A stretch of DNA of 25,699 nucleotides from Octopus sinensis (Eukaryota): assembly GCF_006345805.1 (NCBI RefSeq), contig NW_021833336.1, forward strand, positions 1 through 25,699, read 5' to 3'. Under the pieces are notes generated by a model, which made no database searches, was not told the DNA's origin, and was given only the letters and a program-made list of their open reading frames with translations. Of this stretch, positions 19,294 through 25,699 are shown piece after piece. How positions within the stretch are numbered: the first letter of the stretch is position 1; every line of letters starts with the position of its first letter. Both the position numbers and the translations under genes were made by a program.

Positions 19294-19387
19294 GTATATA
19301 TATGCATATATATATATATATGTATCTATAAGTGTATATATATGCATATATATATATATATATGTATCTATAAGTGTATATATATGC

Positions 19388-19433
<46 letters not shown>

Positions 19434-19515
19434 ATGTATGTATATATATATGTATATATATATGTATGCATATGTATATATGCATACACATACACACACA
19501 TATATATATATGCAC
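19135..19515. repeat. Compound (TG)/(TA)/(TATG) microsatellite
   Basis: Seen directly. Confidence 0.95.
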
Positions 19516-20144
19516 GCAAGCATATGTAAAAGGCCTTAAGGAAATTTCAAGTAATAACACTTATAAAACAGTTGTTTATAGACTTTATCCAAACTTACAA
19601 TAACTTCCAGTGCTAAATTCTAATTTCAAATATACCCTCAAGCTATGTCTTTTAGAAGTTTCACAGTTCCTTTCAGCAGTCACCTTTTATATTCTTACTG
19701 CTACATACAAATACCATTCCGTACAAATCTTCAGAAGACGAGGGTACCCGTGGTTATATCGATACATCGTACCCATTTAAACACTCACTTCTTTTGGGGT
19801 TTTTTTCTCTTTGATGATGTCACCATTTCGGTACCTACGTTAAACTTCTATTTAGCGTAAGAAACCCATCCGTCACACACTTGTTCCATTTTAGAGCAAA
19901 TTCTAACCCTGTTATTCGTCAGAGCCGTCGCATGACTCATGGTTGGATGCCAACCGCTTTGACCGCAGTTCAGTCCACCCTTTGATAGCTTCGAATGATA
20001 CCGATATGATTAAATGTTTTATCTTTTTATTTAAAGTTTGAATAAGCTATCAGCGGCGAGAGACTTTGAAGCATACATACATACATGCAAGCATGTATGT
20101 ATGTATGTATATATAAATGTATGTATGTATGTATGTATGTATGT

Positions 20145-20589
20145 GTCTTGAGGAAAGCTAATATCTTGAGTGTTGAGGGGATGGTGCACCGGTTACATTC
20201 GATTGGACACCTTATTAGAATGAAGGATAGTAGGATACCTAAATATATACTTATGGGGAACTTGTTAGTGGAAAGAGATCCCGGTAGAAACCAAGGCTGC
20301 GACTAGGAGAGCAATGCCTGTCATCACCTTTAAATGCCTGTCGACACCTTTAATGCCTGTCGACACCTTTAAAAGGGCACGTATTCTTCATGAAGAATTT
20401 AATTGTGCTGCTCTAAAGCGCGCTGCTGGTGTAATAAATAGGAAAAGCTTGGTTTGCAATGTCTGCTGTCGTGTATGCTTGCTAAGAGCAGGTCTCTTTA
20501 GCCACCAACGGAACCGCAAATGCAAAACTATAAGTTAGTCCTAAAGGTCAGCAATGGTCTTCCTCCGTCACGAGTGGACGGCCATCATT
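20145..20589 (+). mobile_element. 3' end of an RTE-type LINE (decayed), embedded in (TATG)n
   Basis: VLRKANILSVEGMVHRLHSIGHLIRMKDSRIPKYIL.. then LVCNVCCRVCLLRAGLFSHQR, the C-terminal CxxC..H motif of RTE ORF2; short 3' UTR followed by microsatellite. Confidence 0.85.
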
Positions 20590-20732
20590 ATGTATGTATG
20601 TATGTATGTATGTATGTATGTATGTATGTATGTATGTATGTATGTATGAATGTATGTATGTATTATGTATGTATGTATGTATGTATGTATGTATGTATGT
20701 ATGTATGTATGTATGTATTATGTATGTATGTA
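20590..20732. repeat. (TATG)n microsatellite, possibly the LINE tail
   Basis: Seen directly. Confidence 0.95.
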
Positions 20733-21362
20733 TTTCTCTTTCTATTTTGGTAGCAAGGCTGTGAAGGAGAACATCTAGTTTTATTCATCACCCTTTAAAT
20801 TTTGAGAAGGTTTTGCATAATTTTCAGTCCCAGATATAGTGACCATTAGGAATGTATGAATTAAGGCTTTGCGTCTCTCTCCAAAAATCCAAGTTCACTC
20901 ATACCAGGCAGTTTGGTACGTTTCCCGTTGTTTCAATGATAATAGGTATCAAACTAAAAGTGTATCTTGGGTATGAATTGCCCGTACTCCACATATTTTA
21001 AACGTCTAGGTTTATGTCTGCTTGAAACAAAGAAAGGCAACTGCTGTTCTGATGATGTTTATTGAGGCAGAAATATGTGACTAATATATTATCGCCAGCA
21101 AAAAAGAAAAACAAAGACAAAAACAAAAAAAACGAACATTAACAGTTATTTGCTTTACTGACATCTGGGGATTTTTGATTTTGGAGATTACTTGCTCTTC
21201 ACATTCGGAGTCAGTTGTATTTAGCACTAGGCGTTTGTCCACCTTCTCTCGAAACGAAGATACATAAGACACATCAAATATTTGATATTGCATTAATCAT
21301 CTTCAGTGACCAATTTCATGCCGCTGACCACCCAGATTTATTTATCTTAACTCAATTTTATA

Positions 21363-21745
<383 letters not shown>

Positions 21746-22397
21746 TACGTTGGCATCGCTATCGACCGGTGTGCTAAGATTCATTAAAACCACAACTGAA
21801 GATTTTCTGACACCTTCCAGTTCTAGATTTAACAGCTGACTGTCATTGTGCCTATCTCATCTCACCTCATATGTCAAGACTATTGTTTATCTCAGTTCCC
21901 TAACTACACACATCAATTAACACCTATTTCTCTGTCCAGTACTCAAGACATTCGTGTACGTGTGTGCGTGTGTGCGTGTGTGTGTGCACGAGTGATGCGT
22001 GATATCTGATGTATGTGTGTGTGCTTGTGTGTGTTTCTTATATATATGCATATACATATATATATATATATATATATATTTATGCTCATATATATCATAT
22101 CTATGAGTCCATATATATATATATATATATACACACACATATATATTTGTAAATTTAAGTATATAAATATATGTGTATGTAAATGCATATATCATATATA
22201 CATAAATGCACAAACACTGATACAGAGGCGTTTTCAAGTCGTCTCAGTTGCCATGTGGAAGAGACGGAATTCACTTTTAGAACCCATTAGACGGTTATTT
22301 CATACTTCACTGGCTAAATGTCAGAACTGTAACACTTTGGAAAACCAACCATTAAATAGGATAGCTGAACAAAAAAAAAAAAAAAAATTACGCACAT

Positions 22398-22444
22398 TAC
22401 ACACACACACACACACACACATACACACACACACACAACACACA

Positions 22445-22533
<89 letters not shown>
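22398..22533. repeat. (CA)n microsatellite
   Basis: Seen directly. Confidence 0.97.
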
Positions 22534-22879
22534 ATATTTCTAGTTGTGTAATGGAATGAACTCAGTAGGTGTTTTAGCTTCAGATTAAATGAGATCAAAA
22601 TCTTAAATCACTGATATGGTTGACTGAATTCCATTGAGCAAATATTCAGTCACCCCTAATCGCTGTAGACAGGTTAGTTTTCGCCGAAATGACTTTTTAT
22701 TCCTAACGAAGAAATGTGCAGCTTATTTACATTAATTTCATGAAATATTTTCTCTTCAGTCTCTGAGAGACTGAAATCAAATTATTACGTTATATCGAAC
22801 CTGCTTCTCCGTGTTGCTCATGTGCATTTTCCTTGCTCTTTCTTTTTGAACCCCGGTTAATTCTGACCGTACATACATA

Positions 22880-23114
22880 TACTCGTTTACTTGTTTCAGT
22901 CATTTGACTGCAGCCATGCTGGAGCACCGCCTTTAGTCGAGCAAATCGACCCCAGGACTTATTTTTTTGTAAACCTAGTACTTATTCTATCGGTCTATTT
23001 TGCCGAACCGCTAAGTTACGGGGACGTAAACACAGCAGCATCGGTTGTCAAGCGATGTGGGGGGGGGACAAACACGGACACACAAACATATACACACACG
23101 TACACACACACACA

Positions 23115-23169
<55 letters not shown>

Positions 23170-23300
23170 CGACGGGCTTCTTTTAGTTTCCGTCTACCAA
23201 ATCCACTCACAAGGCTTTGGTCGGCCCGAGGCTATAGTAGAAGACACTTGACCAAGGTGCCACGCAGTGGGACTGATCCCAGAATCACGTGGTTGGTAAG
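22880..23300 (-). mobile_element. SINE family A with an internal (CA)/(TA) tract, slightly 5'-truncated
   Basis: Collinear with 1043-1402. Confidence 0.9.
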
Positions 23301-23659
23301 TTTCGTCACGGAAGAGCCTCTTATTTATGAACACATATTCGTCGTAAATGAAGAGCTGTTCCAGTGGGATGAAATACGACAGCGATTAGCATATTTCACG
23401 TTCGAATCTCTCTGAACGTATTACGAACAATAAATATGCAAGCCATCGTTTTTCGTTCTCGCTGTTCCATTGTGCATATGGGCGATTTATATCTGCGACA
23501 TTTTTTTGATTATCCCAACTCGTGTATCTTCAGACGAGATCAAACAATCTCATCATAATAACCATCATTCCAATACGTTACAAATTACGTGCTTATAATA
23601 TAATAAGCAATTTCGAAGACATCTCACATCACTTCCATTTTTTCTTTATCGATGACCAG

Positions 23660-24031
23660 TCTCCTCCTCCTCCTCCTCCTCCTCAACACCTACTCCTCTC
23701 TTCCTCCTCCTCAACACCTCCTCCTCAACACCTCCTCCTCTCTTCCTCCTCCTCCTCCCCTCCTCCACACACCCGCCTACTCCTCCGTCACCACCACCAC
23801 CACCACCACCACCTCCTCCTCCTCCGTCACAACCCCCTCCTCCTCTCTTCCTCCTCCCTCCTCCTCCTCAGCACCTCCTCCGCCTCCTCCACACACCCTC
23901 CTATTCCACACACCCTCCTCCTCCACACACCCTCCTCCTCCGTCACCATCACCACAACCACCACCACCACCACCACCTCCTCCTCCTCCGTCACAACCAC
24001 CACCTCCTCCTCCTCCTCCTCCTCCTCCTCC

Positions 24032-24103
<72 letters not shown>

Positions 24104-24120
24104 CCTATCTATCTATCTAT
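23660..24120. repeat. (CCT)/(CAC) low-complexity tract followed by (TATC)n
   Basis: Seen directly. Confidence 0.93.
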
Positions 24121-24596
24121 TCCTTTCTCATATGAGAAAAATTCCCAATGCCATTATGATACTCAAGCTATTAGTATGTAATTTGATCCTCTTTGCAAAA
24201 AAAATCTTAACTGCTGCATGTGATAATAGACATCCAAATTAAACTAAATCCTTCTCATCAAAACTTGAGATATGATTTCAACACACACTTCTACGGCGTA
24301 TAATTCCATTGTCCTCATTTCTCATCAATCTGCCATTATCACGTCCATTTTCTTTCCCTGTGAATTTGTTTCATTTTCCTTTGTATCTCTTATTTGATGG
24401 GTTTTTCTTATTCGATTCCACAAAGACAATTATATTTATTCGTTTATAATAAGTTTTATTTTCGTTCCCTTCTTTACATACATTCCGATATGAGACGTAT
24501 GTTATATATATATGCATCTGGTTGCTTCGGTTGCTATAGCAGCCATTGTTTTTAACGGTTTCATTTTGTTGTCTCGTAACACTTATAAAAGTACCG

Positions 24597-24857
24597 CAAC
24601 CATCACCTCATCACCACCATCACAACAACAACAACAAGAGCAGTAGCAACAGCAGCAGTAACAGCAGCAGTAACAGCAGTGACAATACAGGCACCACAAG
24701 GATGACCACCACCGCCGCCGCCGGGCTATGACTACCACGACAACGACAACGACGACTACGGTGATGATGTCCAGCATTACCACTACCACAACCACCGCGA
24801 ACACCGTCAGCCAAAAACTGCCCGCACGACGACCACCACAACCTCCACCATCACCAC

Positions 24858-24937
<80 letters not shown>

Positions 24938-25155
24938 ATGTCTATCTATTTAACTCTATGTATGTACATATGTGTATACATGCATGTATGCATGTATGTA
25001 TGTACGTAAATGCATGTACATATGAATGTATGTATGTATGTATGTATGCATGCATGCATGCATGTATGTATATATATGTATGCATGTACATATGTATGTA
25101 TGTGTATGTATATATGTATGTATGTAAATGTATGTATGTAGGTATGTATGTATGA

Positions 25156-25187
<32 letters not shown>

Positions 25188-25379
25188 GTATGCATGTGTG
25201 CATGTATGTATGTATGTATGTATGTATGTATGTATGTATGTATGTATATATGTATGTAAATGTATGTATGTATGCAGGCATGCATCAATGTCTGTCAATC
25301 TATCTAGCAACCCTCCCCCTCTCACTCTCTTTCTGTATCTCTCTGTCAGTCTCTGTGTCACTCTGTGTATCTGTGAGTG

Positions 25380-25453
<74 letters not shown>

Positions 25454-25496
25454 GCCTCTCTGCCTCTCTGCCTGCCTGTCTGCCTGTCTGTCTGCA

Positions 25497-25527
<31 letters not shown>

Positions 25528-25535
25528 GTATCTGA
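24597..25535. repeat. Mixed trinucleotide, (TATC)n, (TATG)n and (TGTC)n simple repeats
   Basis: Seen directly. Confidence 0.93.
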
Positions 25536-25699
25536 CTGTCTGTTTCCTTATCCATATAACCACTTTCTTCCTCCTTTCTTTCTTTTTTATTCATTCCTTC
25601 ATCCATTTTTCTCATTTTCTTCTATCCGTCCCCCCTTCATTCCCCTCTTTCCTTTCTTCTTCTTCTTCCTTTTTACAGTTCTTCATTCATTTCTTTCTT

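Noticed and set aside
21045-21085. Hammerhead-like CTGATGA-TGTTT-ATTG-AGGCA-GAAA
   Set aside because: No valid NUH triplet or stem I. Similar partial hits near 795, 19915, 21300 and 22755 also fail.
21081-21293. 70-aa minus-strand ORF with protein-like composition
   Set aside because: No convincing splice sites or recognisable motif.
22755-22775. Perfect 9-bp hairpin TTCAGTCTC-TGA-GAGACTGAA
   Set aside because: Isolated, and plausible by chance in 25 kb.
23522-24242. Long Pro/Ser/Thr/His-rich ORFs (extensin- or mucin-like)
   Set aside because: The CCT/CAC low-complexity tract is open in several frames and runs into (TATC)n.

Overview
Eukaryotic, AT-rich, repeat-saturated non-coding DNA (intronic or intergenic). 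The SINE families and microsatellite load look like an octopus genome; this is inferred from recognition, not from a search. No intact protein-coding gene is supported. Nearly all ORFs in the track are microsatellite or SINE artefacts, apart from decayed retroelement fragments and one weak minus-strand terminal exon (6511-6608). The window holds at least three tRNA-headed SINE families, including a ~171-bp x ~11 tandem array grown out of one SINE. It also holds a decayed Penelope-type RT bracketed by a near-perfect 58-bp direct repeat, two RTE-type LINE fragments, a mariner-derived MITE and several Penelope-style minimal hammerhead motifs. The best find is a ~205-bp TSD-flanked, (AAC)n-tailed short retroelement present twice (10206-10417 and 17767-17969, minus strand). 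Its first 92 nt fold by eye into an HDV/CPEB3-like ribozyme whose 7-bp P1 is split by two inserted hairpins and which has almost no P4. The predicted cleavage site (G1) is the exact 5' end of both copies. All folds were done by hand and none is tested.
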